Below, one piece after another: positions 40,414 through 51,602 of a stretch of 64,000 nt of DNA. The notes below the pieces were generated by a model. The model was given only the letters and a program-made list of their open reading frames with translations. It did no database searches and was not told the origin of the DNA. The first letter of the stretch is position 1. Each line of letters begins with the position of its first letter. Source of the DNA: an uncultured delta proteobacterium (GTDB taxonomy: Bacteria > Desulfobacterota > Binatia > UBA9968); assembly GCA_963840855.1 (NCBI GenBank), contig CAWJBB010000027.1, positions 160,001 through 224,000 on the forward strand, read 5' to 3'. The translations under genes and the position numbers were made by a program.

Positions 40414-41439
40414 TCAGCGGTATTTTTCATGGATATCTAAAATGCCCTTTATGAGCGGCTGAATGCGTTGCGCTGCCGCCGCCGCGAGAACATCTGCGCC
40501 GGCAGGCCGGCGCATCTCATTCAAGACCGTCGCCACAGAACCGCGTAACGCCGCCAAATCGTAACCACCCTCTAAGAGAAACGCGATTTTATTGTGGGTA
40601 TATTCCTCCGCCAGGCGCAACATCTCCCGCGCCATCACCGCGAAACCGGCTTCGGTGACTTCCATGCCGCCCAATGGATCGCGCTGATGTGGGTCGAAAC
40701 CGGCGGACACCAAGATCCAATCCGGTTGAAATTTTTTCACGGCGGGAACGATGACGTCGCGAAACACGCCGAGATATTCTCCATCAGCGCAGCCCGCGGG
40801 CAACGGCACGTTGATCGTATAGCCTTCGCCGGCGCCGGCGCCGACTTCACGCGCCGCGCCCGTGCCGGGATAATAAGGATATTGATGGGTTGAAATATAA
40901 AGCACCGACGGATCAGCGTAAAAAATTTCCTGCGTGCCATTACCATGATGCACGTCCCAATCCATCACCAAGACGCGCCGAGCTTGATGCTCGCGTCTGA
41001 GATACCGCGCGCCGATGGCAACGGTATTGAAGAGACAAAAACCCATTGCCTGATCGGGCCGAGCGTGATGGCCGGGAGGGCGGACCAGAGCGAAACCATT
41101 ATGAAACTCGCCGGCAGCAATGGCCTCCAGCAATCCCAGAAAACCGCCCACCGCTAACAAACCCACGCCGAACGAATCGCGACAGGTGATCGTATCTCCA
41201 TCCAGCGCAAAGCGGTTCGAGCGAGACGTTGACTCAACTAACGCTACGTGGTCGGCGCTGTGGCAGGCTTCGATCTCGGCTCTCGTCGCCGGCCTGGGCG
41301 GCAGCAGTTGAAACGCGCTGTTGTCGAGGGACGTCGCCAGGTCGAGCAAGACTTTAATGCGCTCGGGACGCTCCGGATGAAACTCTCCCGGAAAATGTTT
41401 GAGATACTCTTGATCGATAACCACGGCGGTTTTCGCCAT
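40414..41439 (-). CDS. Histone deacetylase-family (AcuC/AphA-like) amidohydrolase
   Basis: [35 protein letters not shown]. Confidence 0.95.
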   Translation of the reverse strand: MAKTAVVIDQEYLKHFPGEFHPERPERIKVLLDLATSLDNSAFQLLPPRPATRAEIEACHSADHVALVESTSRSNRFALDGDTITCRDSFGVGLLAVGGFLGLLEAIAAGEFHNGFALVRPPGHHARPDQAMGFCLFNTVAIGARYLRREHQARRVLVMDWDVHHGNGTQEIFYADPSVLYISTHQYPYYPGTGAAREVGAGAGEGYTINVPLPAGCADGEYLGVFRDVIVPAVKKFQPDWILVSAGFDPHQRDPLGGMEVTEAGFAVMAREMLRLAEEYTHNKIAFLLEGGYDLAALRGSVATVLNEMRRPAGADVLAAAAAQRIQPLIKGILDIHEKYR

Positions 41440-41526
41440 GAACAAACCCTATCATCTCATCCGCCATGGCGCAAAATCAGCCAGAGCAATCTTGCCAAGG
41501 CCCGGGAAATCGCTTACGTTACACTT

Positions 41527-41808
41527 ATGTTTGGCATCGGCATGCCGGAATTATTGCTGATACTCGCCCTGGCGCTGATCGTTCTCGGCCCGAAGAAACT
41601 GCCGGAACTCGCCCGCGCGCTGGGCAAAGGCATGGCAGAACTGCGCCGGGCTACGGATGAGATCAAAGACGAGTTCCGTCGGGTGGAGAACGACATCCAG
41701 GACTCAACGCAGAGCGCCACCGCCAAGGACGATCCCTACTTGTCCGAGACGCAACTCGATGCGACGCAGTCGCCCCCTCCAGCCGAGTCCACTGAGAAGA
41801 AAACTTGA
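41527..41808 (+). CDS. tatB: Twin-arginine translocase TatA/TatB subunit
   Basis: [34 protein letters not shown]. Confidence 0.85.
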   Translation: MFGIGMPELLLILALALIVLGPKKLPELARALGKGMAELRRATDEIKDEFRRVENDIQDSTQSATAKDDPYLSETQLDATQSPPPAESTEKKT

Positions 41809-42588
41809 GCGCGCAGCCAGGTCAAGGGCAACTCCAAGGTCAAATCCATGACGAACAGATGCCCTTTACCTCTCATTTGGCCGAGCTTCGCTCCCGTCTA
41901 ATTAAATCCGTTCTCGCTCTCGCCGTCGCATTCTCCGGCTGTTTCCCGCTGGCGGATAAGATTTTCGCGTTCCTCGCTGGACCGCTCAAGCGTTTAGACG
42001 TGCCTGGTCTGACACTGGTCGGCACCTCGGTGACCGAAGCCTTCTTTACCAAAATGAAAGTGGCGTTCGCCGCAGCGATCATCGTCGCCCTGCCGGTGCT
42101 ATTATGGCAAGCGTGGCAGTTCGTCGCGCCGGGATTATATGAGCATGAAAAGCGCTACACCCGCTCCTTTGTCGCCTTCGGCTCGTTGTTTTTCTTCGCC
42201 GGCGCTATGTTTGGCTACGAAGTCGTCATCGGCCAAGGACTTGGGTTTTTGCTCAGGCGCTATGCAGGCGATCAACGTACAGCCGTGGATACAGGTCGGC
42301 GAATACTTCTCCGTCGCTGTGCGCGTCGTGCTCGCCTGCGGCGTCATGTTTCAATTGCCGGTGCTCGCTTTCTTTTTCGCCCGCGTCGGCCTCATCGACC
42401 ACCGCTTTTTGATCCGCCACTTCCGCTACGCGGTTATCGGCATCGCCATCCTCGCCGCTGTTTTGACTCCGCCCGATTTTGTCGCGATGATTTTCTTCAT
42501 GGTACCGCTGAGCGTGCTCTATGTCGTCAGCATCGGCGTCGCCTATCTGGCCCGGCGGAGGGAGGTGGCTGGAGAGCCGAAAGATTGA
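41805..42588 (+). CDS. tatC: Twin-arginine translocase TatC (frameshift near 42265)
   Basis: [24 protein letters not shown]; second frame FQLP...AAVLTPPD. Confidence 0.9.
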
Positions 42589-42796
42589 GTATTGAGATTT
42601 GACAAGCAGACCGTGTCGCGATGTCATTCTGACAGCGGTAGCCGAAGAATCTCGACTTGACATCGATGAGATTGTGCGGATTATGACACAGCCTCGAGGA
42701 GTGGGGAAACTCGCAATTGATGATTGAAACTTCCGGTGGAGCTAACGATTTGAACGGCTTGAACGATTGGAACAGCTGGAACGCCGCTGCCGCTTG

Positions 42797-43348
42797 CTAA
42801 CTATCGTCGTTAACGAAAGCGCAGGCTGCGAAGACGGTGGTCCATAGACCGTCCTTGTTTCCGATGGCGGACTGGGTGATGTTTGACGTGCGGACAATCT
42901 TGCCGGACATTTTAAAAAGACTTTCTCTCTCGTCCCACGCGGTGTCGGGATCGAATTCGATCCCGAGGGTCGTCGCCAGCATGCTTGCAGCCAAATCTTC
43001 GGCGTATTCTCCGGCCTTTTCTTCGGTTTCCCCGAAGGAGTGATGCTCCGAGAGATAGCCCCATTGTTCCTGATCGGCGGGTATCGCCACGCCGACGGAA
43101 GCAGCCACCAAACGGTTGGGCTCATTAGTGGCCTCGCGGTCATAGATGCAAAAAACGACTTCACCGGGACGCAAGAGTTTGGTTCCCTCTTCCTTTGAGA
43201 GGCGTTTGCAGCCCGGCGGATAGATGCTCGAGACAAGAACGAGGTTGCAATAGGCCAAACCCGCTTGCCTTAACGCCAGCTCAAAAGACGCCAACCTTTC
43301 CTTGTGGACGCCCACCCCTTTGGTGAAAAAACATTTTTTTGGAATCAT
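42797..43348 (-). CDS. Pyruvoyl-dependent arginine decarboxylase
   Basis: FFTKGVG.H...SFELALR.AG...[11 protein letters not shown]; GYLSEHH. Confidence 0.9.
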   Translation of the reverse strand: MIPKKCFFTKGVGVHKERLASFELALRQAGLAYCNLVLVSSIYPPGCKRLSKEEGTKLLRPGEVVFCIYDREATNEPNRLVAASVGVAIPADQEQWGYLSEHHSFGETEEKAGEYAEDLAASMLATTLGIEFDPDTAWDERESLFKMSGKIVRTSNITQSAIGNKDGLWTTVFAACAFVNDDS

Positions 43349-43433
43349 AGTGCGGATTCCTATAACATGAAAGACTTTGAGTGACAAGAATACGCCGGAA
43401 AATGCCTTGGTGAAGATTCTAGTTTCCGCCGTG

Positions 43434-43938
43434 TTACTCGACGATGACCAGCACGGCGCCGCCCTCAACGGTGTCGCCTTGCTTGACTTTGATGTCCTTC
43501 ACTTCCCCGGCGATGGGGCTGCGCACTTCGTTTTCCATCTTCATCGCTTCCACGATCACCAGCCCCTGCCCTTTCTCGACGACGTCGCCCTCGGCCACCA
43601 GCACCGCGATGACCTTTCCAGGCATCGGCACGGAAACGGTTCGGCGGCCTTGGAGTCCGCCGGCGGCCTGCGCGCCGCCGGCGCGCACGCGTCGTTCATC
43701 CACCAGGTTGACGTGATAATTGCGCCCGTCGACCAATACCAGGTACTCATCCCCCTTGTGGTCCACTTCGATTTCAAAGGAGCGATTGTCAACGATCAGT
43801 GAAAAGTTCGTGCGGCCGGTCTTCTTGCCGTCCACCAGGAACTCATTGCCGTCGACGGACACCCGGTAAACTGATTTCGCCTGTCTCTTCTATCTCTACG
43901 GTATACTTTTGTTCACCCAGCGTCGCGATGAAAGCCAT
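43434..43938 (-). CDS. Biotin carboxyl carrier protein (frameshift near 43875)
   Basis: PMPGKVI...EAMKMENE. Confidence 0.9.
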
Positions 43939-43959
43939 GGGAGCCTCTAGACCTGCGCC

Positions 43960-44021
43960 GTTCAAAGTTCAATGTTCAACGTCCCCTCCCCATCTTGAAC
44001 CTTAAACCTTGAACTTTGAAC
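43960..44021. repeat. Inverted heptamer-repeat hairpin (copy 2)
   Basis: gttcaaagttcaatgttcaac...ttgaaccttaaaccttgaactttgaac. Confidence 0.75.
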
Positions 44022-44041
44022 TCACGCATAAACTTTGCGTG

Positions 44042-45583
44042 CTAGGAGCGGCGCCAAGCGCGCCGACCAGACGCCGTGCGGCCTTGCAGCAAGGTGTTTT
44101 TGCCCTGCTCACGCCACTTGGACGGCTCGGCGGCGCCTTTCGCCAAAAGCCCCAGGGTGGTTTCCTGTTCGCGATATAATGCCGCGATGGCAGCCGACGC
44201 CAGGGCGATCTCCTTGTGCGGGTAAAGTTCTTCCTTGGTCATGTTGCGGTGCTCTTCATCGATGAAGGCGGTGTTGTAGTCGCCAGCCATGAACCGGGGA
44301 TGGCGCAGAATCCATTGGTGAAATGCGATATTGGTCTTGATGCCGCGCACCTGATATTCGCGCAGCGCGCGGCGCATGCGCAGGATCGCTTCGATCCGAT
44401 TCTCGCCCCAGGTGATGAGCTTGGCGATCATCGGATCATAATAAATCGGCACCTCGGCGCCCTCGTAAACGCCGCAGTCGTTTCTCAACCCCAGACCTTC
44501 GGGCAAACGTAGTCCTTCGATCTTGCCCGGACAGGGCATGAAGTCATTTTCTGGGTCCTCGGCATAGATGCGGCACTCGATGGCGTGGCCGGTCTGTGTG
44601 ATATGGCGCTGGCGCCAGGGAAGATAACCACCGGCGGCGATTTCGATCTGTGCCTTGACGAGATCGATGCCCACCACCCGCTCGGTCACGGCGTGTTCCA
44701 CTTGGAGGCGCGTATTCATTTCCAAAAAGTAGAAGTTCTGCTCCCGGTCCAGCAGGAACTCTAAGGTTCCCGCCCCTACATATCCCACCGTGCGCGCGCC
44801 TTGAATCGCGATGCGGCCGATGCGCCGGCGCGTGCGGTCTTCGAGTCCTGGCGCCGGCGATTCCTCGATGACTTTTTGGTGGCGCCGCTGCACGGAACAC
44901 TCACGGTCATAGAGGTGAATGACCCGGCCATAGCTATCGGCGAGAATCTGGACCTCGATGTGGCGCGGCCTTTCGATGAATTTTTCCACGTAAAGCCGCG
45001 CATCGCCAAAAGATGATGCGGCCTCGGAGCCCACCGCCCGGTAAGCCGACGATACTTCGCGGCGCGAGCGCACCAGGCGTAGGCCCTTACCGCCGCCGCC
45101 CGCCACAGCCTTCAGCATGCACGGATAGCCGATTGTTTCGATGGTGCGAAGAACATCTTCTTCCGAGGTCAATATCCCGTCCGACCCTGGCACCACGGGG
45201 ACCCCCGCGTCCTTCATGACTTGGCGCGCCTTGACCTTGTCGCCCATCCGATCGATGACTTCCGGCGACGGGCCGATGAAAACGATCCCCTCGTTTTTGC
45301 AGCGCTCGGCAAATGCGGCGTTTTCGGCAAGAAAGCCGTACCCCGGATGGATCGCTTCGGCGCCGCTTTTTTTTGCGACCTCGATGATGCGGTCGATGAC
45401 CAGATAGCTCTGAGCCGATGGCGCCGGGCCGATGAGATAGGCGTAGTCCGCGTACTTTACATGCAGCGACTCGCGGTCCGCCGCGGAGTAGACCGCCACG
45501 GTCTCGATGTCCAGCTCGCGGCAAGCGCGGGTGATGCGCACCGCGATCTCGCCGCGGTTAGCTATGAGAATGCGTTTAAACAT
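44042..45583 (-). CDS. accC: Acyl-CoA carboxylase biotin carboxylase subunit
   Basis: [44 protein letters not shown]. Confidence 0.93.
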   Translation of the reverse strand: MFKRILIANRGEIAVRITRACRELDIETVAVYSAADRESLHVKYADYAYLIGPAPSAQSYLVIDRIIEVAKKSGAEAIHPGYGFLAENAAFAERCKNEGIVFIGPSPEVIDRMGDKVKARQVMKDAGVPVVPGSDGILTSEEDVLRTIETIGYPCMLKAVAGGGGKGLRLVRSRREVSSAYRAVGSEAASSFGDARLYVEKFIERPRHIEVQILADSYGRVIHLYDRECSVQRRHQKVIEESPAPGLEDRTRRRIGRIAIQGARTVGYVGAGTLEFLLDREQNFYFLEMNTRLQVEHAVTERVVGIDLVKAQIEIAAGGYLPWRQRHITQTGHAIECRIYAEDPENDFMPCPGKIEGLRLPEGLGLRNDCGVYEGAEVPIYYDPMIAKLITWGENRIEAILRMRRALREYQVRGIKTNIAFHQWILRHPRFMAGDYNTAFIDEEHRNMTKEELYPHKEIALASAAIAALYREQETTLGLLAKGAAEPSKWREQGKNTLLQGRTASGRRAWRRS

Positions 45584-45596
45584 GGCGAAAAAGGCA

Positions 45597-45675
45597 TGAG
45601 GCGTGAGGCACGAGGCGAGAGGAACGGTCAACCCAATTAACGGTTTGACTCACGCCTTCCGCCTCACGCCTCACG
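45597..45675. repeat. Inverted heptamer-repeat hairpin (GAGGCGT / ACGCCTC)
   Basis: tgaggcgtgaggcacgaggcgagagg...ctcacgccttccgcctcacgcctcacg. Confidence 0.7.
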
Positions 45676-45682
45676 GCTTTTT

Positions 45683-47294
45683 TTACAGTGGTATATTTCC
45701 ATGCTTCTTGGGCGGATTGTGGTCGCGTTTGTTCTTGAGCATCTCCAGGGAACGGATCAAGCGTGGGGCGGGTGTCTTCCGGGTAAATTACGGCGTCGAC
45801 GAAGCCAGCTTCCGCAGCCTTGAACGGATTGGCGAATGTTTGCCGGTATTGCGCGATCATTTGTTCTCTGGCTTTAGCGGGTTCGGAGGACTTCTCCAGC
45901 GCTTCGCGAAACACGATATTGATCGCGCCCTCCGGCCCCATGACCGCGATCTCGGCGGTGGGATAAGCGAGATTTACGTCGCCGCGCAGGTGCTTGCTAG
46001 ACATAACGATGTAACCACCGCCGTAGGCTTTGCGGGTAACGATGGTCACCTTCGGTACCGTCGCCTCTGCGTAGGCATAAAGCAGCTTGGCGCCATGGCG
46101 AATGATACCGTCAAATTCCTGTGCCGTTCCCGGCAAAAAGCCCGGCACGTCGACGAAGGTCACCACCGGAATATTGAAACAGTCGCAGAAACGAATGAAG
46201 CGCGCCGCTTTTACCGACGCATTGATATCCAGGCATCCGGCCAGGTTGGCGGGCTGGTTGGCGACGATCCCCACCGAACGGCCGCCGAGGCGCGCGAAGC
46301 CGACAAGAATATTCGGCGCAAATTCCGCTTGGACTTCGTAAAAATATCCCTCATCCACCACGGCGCCGATCAGCTCTGTCATGTCATAAGGCCGGGTGGA
46401 ATTGTCCGGCACAAGATCCCGAAGTTTTCGGTCCCGGCGCAGCGGGTCGTCGCTGTTGGGGCGAAATGGCGGTTCTTCCTGGTTGTTGCTCGGCAGAAAA
46501 CCTAGCAGGTCGCGGATCATGAGAAGGCAGTCTTTTTCGCTCTTGGCCGTAAAATGCGATACGCCGCTTTTGGCGCTGTGGGTCTCCGCTCCCCCCAACT
46601 CTTCTTTGGTGACTTCCTCGTGAGTTACCGTCTTAATGACATCAGGGCCGGTAATGAACATGTAGCTGTTGGTCTCGACCATGAAGATGAAGTCCGTGAT
46701 AGCCGGCGAGTAAACCGCCCCTCCCGCGCAGGGACCCATGATCGCCGTAAGCTGCGGGACGACACCGGAAGCCAAGACGTTTCGCTGAAAAATCTCGCCA
46801 TACCCGGCAAGACTCATGACGCCCTCTTGGATGCGCGCGCCACCCGAGTCGTTGATGCCGATGAGCGGAGCGCCGTTTTTCATCGCGAGATCCATGACCT
46901 TGCAGATCTTTTCGGCGACGACGGCGCTCAAGCTGCCGCCGAAGACAGTAAAGTCCTGGGAATAGACGTACACCAATCGGCCGTCGACGGCGCCGTAGCC
47001 CGTCACCACGGCATCGCCGAAAAACTTTTGCTTGTCCATGCCGAAGTCGTTGCAGTCATGAGTGCGCAGGCGATCCATTTCGACGAAACTGCCGCTATCG
47101 AGCAAGATGTCGAGCCGTTCCCGCGCCAATAGCTTTCCCTGTTCATGTTGGCGCCGCGCGCGCTCCGGGCCGCCGCCGGCTTCGGCGCGCTCGTCAAGCT
47201 CGCGAAGCTTTTTTAAATTGTCACCGGTGGTCAGGAATAAAGAATCCTTAAACGGAAAGTGGGAAGCGCGGAAATGCGCAAGTGGCGGCATCAT
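45683..47294 (-). CDS. pccB: Propionyl/acyl-CoA carboxylase carboxyltransferase beta subunit (3' frameshift; start uncertain)
   Basis: [45 protein letters not shown]; ends KHGNIPL* in another frame. Confidence 0.9.
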
Positions 47295-47436
47295 AACAAA
47301 AGTTCCCGGAGTGTCAACTGTCTTTACAAATCTCTAGGCGCGCCGCTGCGTCTTGCGGTTCCACTATGAAATTGATAACTTAGCATCGCCTGATAATAGC
47401 GCATTCAAGCTTCTCCACAATTCGATCCGTAAAAAC

Positions 47437-48633
47437 ATGTTTGAAACCAAGAACCGCCGGTCATCAGCAACCCAAGCCCCGGGGCGCCGGGAAAATGCCG
47501 CGCCGCCGCGCGCCGATCAGGCACTCCTCATGGTGTCCGCCAGCGAGGGCGACTCCAACATGCTTTACGCCGCGGGATTTTTCGTGCCCGATCCATTCAT
47601 CTTCTTCGCGCACAAAAAGATCAAGTACATTGTTATGAGCGACCTGGAAATCGACCGCGCCAAGAGGCAGTCGCGCGCCGACCGGGTGCTCTCCCTTTCG
47701 TTTTACCAGCGCAAGCTGCGCAAACTCGGCAAGGTTCCCACGACTGTCGATGTCCTCGATCTGCTATTCCGCGAGCGCGGCATCCGTTCATTGATCGTGC
47801 CGGCGAATTTCTCGGCGCTGCTAACCGACCAGTTGCGCGCCAAAGGGTTCAGCGTACAGATCAAGCGCGACCCCTTTTTCCCCGAACGCGAAATCAAAAA
47901 AGACAAAGAGGTTCGCCAGATCACCGAATCCCTGCGCGTGGCGCGGCTCGGTCTGGAAGCCGGCATCCGAACCCTTAAGCGGAGCAAGATTGGACGCGAC
48001 GGCTATCTTTATCTCAACGGCGCGAAGCTGACGTCGGAAATGTTGAAGACCGCCGTCAACACCACGATCATGGCGCAGGGTTGGCTGCCCAGCCACACGA
48101 TTATTTCGTCGGGCAACCAATGCGTCGACCCGCACCATGAAGGAACAGGGCCGGTCAAAGCGCATACGTCGATCATCTTCGATATCTTTCCGCGCTCGCA
48201 AAAAAATGGTTACTTCGGCGATTTGAGCCGCACCGTGGTACGCGGGCGCGCCTCCGAGCGATTGAAAAAGATCTATGCCAGTGTGCAGGCGGGACAACAG
48301 ATCGGTTTCGATCTCATCCGCGACGGCATCAACGGCAAGGAGATTCATGAAAAAATTCTGGCCCTGTTCGCCGCCCGCGGATTTCCTACCGGAAGAATCG
48401 CCGGTCGCATGCAAGGCTTTTTCCACGGCACCGGCCATGGCCTCGGCCTGGATATTCACGAAGCGCCGCGCATCGCGCCGGTGGACGCAACCCTCAAATC
48501 GGGCCATGTCGTCACGGTGGAACCAGGGCTTTACTACCTCGGCGTCGGCGGCGTCCGTCTCGAAGACGTGGTAGTGGTCAAAGCCCAGGGCAACCGTAAT
48601 CTTACCGACTGCCCGCAGTTTCTTGAGATTTAA
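47437..48633 (+). CDS. M24 Xaa-Pro peptidase family protein
   Basis: DPHH, YFGDLSRT, HGTGHGLGLDIHE, TVEPGLY, GVRLED. Confidence 0.93.
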   Translation: MFETKNRRSSATQAPGRRENAAPPRADQALLMVSASEGDSNMLYAAGFFVPDPFIFFAHKKIKYIVMSDLEIDRAKRQSRADRVLSLSFYQRKLRKLGKVPTTVDVLDLLFRERGIRSLIVPANFSALLTDQLRAKGFSVQIKRDPFFPEREIKKDKEVRQITESLRVARLGLEAGIRTLKRSKIGRDGYLYLNGAKLTSEMLKTAVNTTIMAQGWLPSHTIISSGNQCVDPHHEGTGPVKAHTSIIFDIFPRSQKNGYFGDLSRTVVRGRASERLKKIYASVQAGQQIGFDLIRDGINGKEIHEKILALFAARGFPTGRIAGRMQGFFHGTGHGLGLDIHEAPRIAPVDATLKSGHVVTVEPGLYYLGVGGVRLEDVVVVKAQGNRNLTDCPQFLEI

Positions 48634-48683
48634 TTTTCCGCCGCGGCTTTACCCATTTTCACATCGACAATAACGACTACGGC

Positions 48684-49412
48684 ATGAACGGCGTAGAAGA
48701 GAAGATCGTCGCGCTGATCGCCGATCTCGATCATCCGGAAAAGCCCAAAATCCGTGCTGCCGTGGACGCCCTGCTCGGACTATCCGCCGATGCGCCCGGT
48801 CTAAGAGCGGCGCTTGAACAGGCGCTCAACGATGAACAACGCAAAAATCGCTGGGCGGTTGCCCACGTACTCGGCCATTTGCCCCAACCTTCCAGCGCTG
48901 TCATTCGGGTATTACTAGATAGTCTCGATCATAGGGAACCGGACATCCGCTGGGCCATCGCTCTGTTGCTGGTTCGAATCGCCAGGGTTGAAGGCGACCT
49001 CGCGAACCTGCTCTTGGCACTCTCGGCAGACGGCACTGTGAATCAGAGGCGAATGGCTATTTACTGCATTCGTGATTTACAGGTTACCGATGACGCCAGC
49101 ATGCGGGCACTTTTGGCCGCGGCCAGGGACGAAGAGCCAACCGTCAGAGTCGCCGCGCTGACCAGCTTGAGATCGCGCAGCGACGCAGGCGCCGCGGCGC
49201 GCCGCCAGCTTCTTGAGCGATTCGAAAATGATGAAGATGGGAGAGTGCGGAATGCCTCGGCCATCACCTTGGCGCAACTAGGGGCGCCGGATGAAGCGTT
49301 CATTCGAGCACTGCAACAAGCCGCGCAAAGCAGCGATCCCCGTGACCGGAAAGCGGCCCTCGCCGCGCTCGACTTGTTACAAAAAAATGGGCCCGCTCCA
49401 CACGACAGCTGA
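48684..49412 (+). CDS. HEAT-repeat protein
   Basis: Repeated D.EP.VR.AA..L units. Confidence 0.85.
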   Translation: MNGVEEKIVALIADLDHPEKPKIRAAVDALLGLSADAPGLRAALEQALNDEQRKNRWAVAHVLGHLPQPSSAVIRVLLDSLDHREPDIRWAIALLLVRIARVEGDLANLLLALSADGTVNQRRMAIYCIRDLQVTDDASMRALLAAARDEEPTVRVAALTSLRSRSDAGAAARRQLLERFENDEDGRVRNASAITLAQLGAPDEAFIRALQQAAQSSDPRDRKAALAALDLLQKNGPAPHDS

Positions 49413-49433
49413 CGCTACCGCTGGAGCGGGCCC
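49381..49433 (-). terminator. Rho-independent terminator
   Basis: 12-bp stem GGGCCCGCTCCA/TGGAGCGGGCCC followed by T7 on minus. Confidence 0.8.
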
Positions 49434-49568
49434 CTAGGTGGTCTGAGGGGGATTCCCAGGCTCCAGGCCCGAATCCCCGTCAAAGATTCCGCCTAGAGCC
49501 TAAGTCTCAGCCACCTCGCAGTCAGTACATAAATCAATCATGTCTGGACCACCTCCTTTCCCTGCTGG
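49381..49568 (-). ncRNA. Putative structured small RNA / sORF transcript (MIDLCTDCEVAET*, 49500-49541)
   Basis: Own promoter, extended SD, stems CTAGG/CCTAG and GGGGATTC/GAATCCCC, terminator. Confidence 0.6.
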
Positions 49569-49573
49569 GCCGT

Positions 49574-49602
49574 AGTGTACGGAAGTGATCGGCGTCTGTC
49601 AA
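49574..49602 (-). promoter_or_regulatory. Sigma70-type promoter
   Basis: TTGACA-17 nt-TACACT. Confidence 0.8.
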
Positions 49603-49759
49603 TAAATATCATCGTCTTTGTCGATCAATCTTGACTAGCGTGACGGTCTTCAAATCGTTTTCATCGTGATAGTGATCGGACATGAAAGTAGCCTTTCTTA
49701 TGTCAGTTTGCTGGCCGGGAATCACTCAAAATTTCAGTTCAAGCAATGGCACCTTGCGC

Positions 49760-50164
49760 CTAATCCGTGCATGGCAGCGCCGACTCATTGGTCTCGACCC
49801 AGTTCACGCGGCTGCTCCAATGTCCATGAACCGATGGCTTTCCGGGTGGGACATCGTCTAACGTGCCCGCCGGAACGATCACCCGTTGGCGATCACGCGA
49901 TGGATGAGGGACTGGGCAGTTACAATTACCGCAAATCTGGCGGGCGAAACTCTTTGCTTCCGGCAAATCGAAGCGTTTGACCAGTTCCTCGCCCCGTGTC
50001 CAGCGAAACTGGTTGATCGCGACGGCGATATTCGTAGAGCGCACGCCGCCGGTGGCTTTACGACAGCGCGAGCAATAACAATGGCCAAAGCGCATGAACG
50101 GCGTGCTCACCTCGTAGCTAACCGATTTGCAGAGACAACTTCCACGAAGCGTTTGTTCGAACAT
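49760..50164 (-). CDS. GFA family (CENP-V-like) protein
   Basis: GSCLC...HCYCSRCRKATG...CGNC. Confidence 0.9.
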   Translation of the reverse strand: MFEQTLRGSCLCKSVSYEVSTPFMRFGHCYCSRCRKATGGVRSTNIAVAINQFRWTRGEELVKRFDLPEAKSFARQICGNCNCPVPHPSRDRQRVIVPAGTLDDVPPGKPSVHGHWSSRVNWVETNESALPCTD

Positions 50165-50488
50165 TGGAACCTCCTTAACTTGGCGTGGTGATGGCTCCGG
50201 AGTCTAAGGCGATTCGCCAGCCCACGCAAGTATTTCCTGGCCCGTTTTCCTGCCTCCTGCACCTGCGCGCTCCAGTTGACAAATCGCAAGCAGCTTCTCT
50301 ACAGTCGGGAAACCGACTCACCGCAGTTCCAAGTTGGGAATTCGTCCGGTCGCTTAACGCCGATGGCGCCTCCCCCCGGCCCGGCGCTGTGAGTCAGGCT
50401 GAGCGAAAGCGAAGGTAGGATCGAATCGCTCGCCTTCGCCTTGGTCAAAAACCCGTACTATAAAATATTTTCCCGAGAGGAGAGTTCG

Positions 50489-51220
50489 ATGGCTGATCCA
50501 ATTCTGAAGGAAAAAGATGGCGACATTACAACCATTACGCTGAACCGGCCCGAAGCCGGCAATCGGCAAACCGACAGCACCTGGGCGGAAGTAACACGGC
50601 TGTTGGACGACGCTGCCAAAGATTCGCGGTTGATTCTGTTCAAGGGCGCCGGCGAGGATTTTTGCTTGGGCCGGGAAACCATGGGGCAACCACCCCCCAC
50701 TCCCGCTCCTGAAGCCTACAGCGTGCGCGACCGTAGCGAGACCATCTTTAATCTGTACGGCGCTTTTCGAAATGCCAAAGCGCCCATTATCGGCATCGTT
50801 CAAGGCCGCGCCGTCGGCCTCGGTTGCGCCCTCGCCGCGCTGTGCGACATCACCATCGCCGGCGACAAAGCGCGCTTTCAGTTTCCCGAGACGGCGCACC
50901 GCATCATGCCCACCATCGCATTTTCCGCCTTGGTCGATCGCGTGCCGCGCAAGGCCGCAACCTATATGATCTACTCGACCGCGGAAATCGACGCGCACAA
51001 AGCGCTGACATTCGGTCTCATCAGCAACGTCGTGCCGCATCAAGAATTGGACGCCAACGTTAAAGCGCTGGTCGAGCATTTCAAGAAGATGCCGCTGCCC
51101 GCTGTGTTCGCGGTGAAGGAATATGCCCGCACAGCGTTCGACATCGGCGCCCAAGCCGCCACCGATTTCGCGCGCAACCTGCACGCGACGGTTAATAGTT
51201 TTTCGGGAATGCGGTCCTAA
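50489..51220 (+). CDS. Enoyl-CoA hydratase/isomerase family protein
   Basis: ITLNRPE.GN, GEDFCLG, GRAVGLGCALAALCDITIA, FQFPE. Confidence 0.9.
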   Translation: MADPILKEKDGDITTITLNRPEAGNRQTDSTWAEVTRLLDDAAKDSRLILFKGAGEDFCLGRETMGQPPPTPAPEAYSVRDRSETIFNLYGAFRNAKAPIIGIVQGRAVGLGCALAALCDITIAGDKARFQFPETAHRIMPTIAFSALVDRVPRKAATYMIYSTAEIDAHKALTFGLISNVVPHQELDANVKALVEHFKKMPLPAVFAVKEYARTAFDIGAQAATDFARNLHATVNSFSGMRS

Positions 51221-51602
51221 ACAAAATCTAGAGTCTTGAGTCTCGAGGTGTTGCAAGTTTCCGCCGGCGATTCTGGAACGAGCAACGCCGCTGTCTTTTC
51301 GACGTCGTGGACGCCGACCATCAATCCGAACCGCACGATGATGTTGGCACCGAATTACGGCTTCCCGACATCTAATTGAATACCAACTGCTATGAAGATC
51401 GTCTCCATCGGCATCAGTCAGGGGCGCGAAATTTTTAATGAAGGCTGCTCTTTTCGCACGGGAGTCCAAGAACCCATCCGAGCGATCAGCGTAAAACCCT
51501 TGCCGATGAGTGGGCGCGAATGTTTTCGCGGCTCCCTGGAGGCGGCTGCTAAAACCGAATGCGAGATGTGATACACTAACAAGAGCGAGAACAAAACGGG
51601 CG

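Noticed and set aside
49544-49560. 16S rRNA gene fragment
   Set aside because: Only 17 nt match with no flanking rRNA sequence; context fits an SD on the minus strand.
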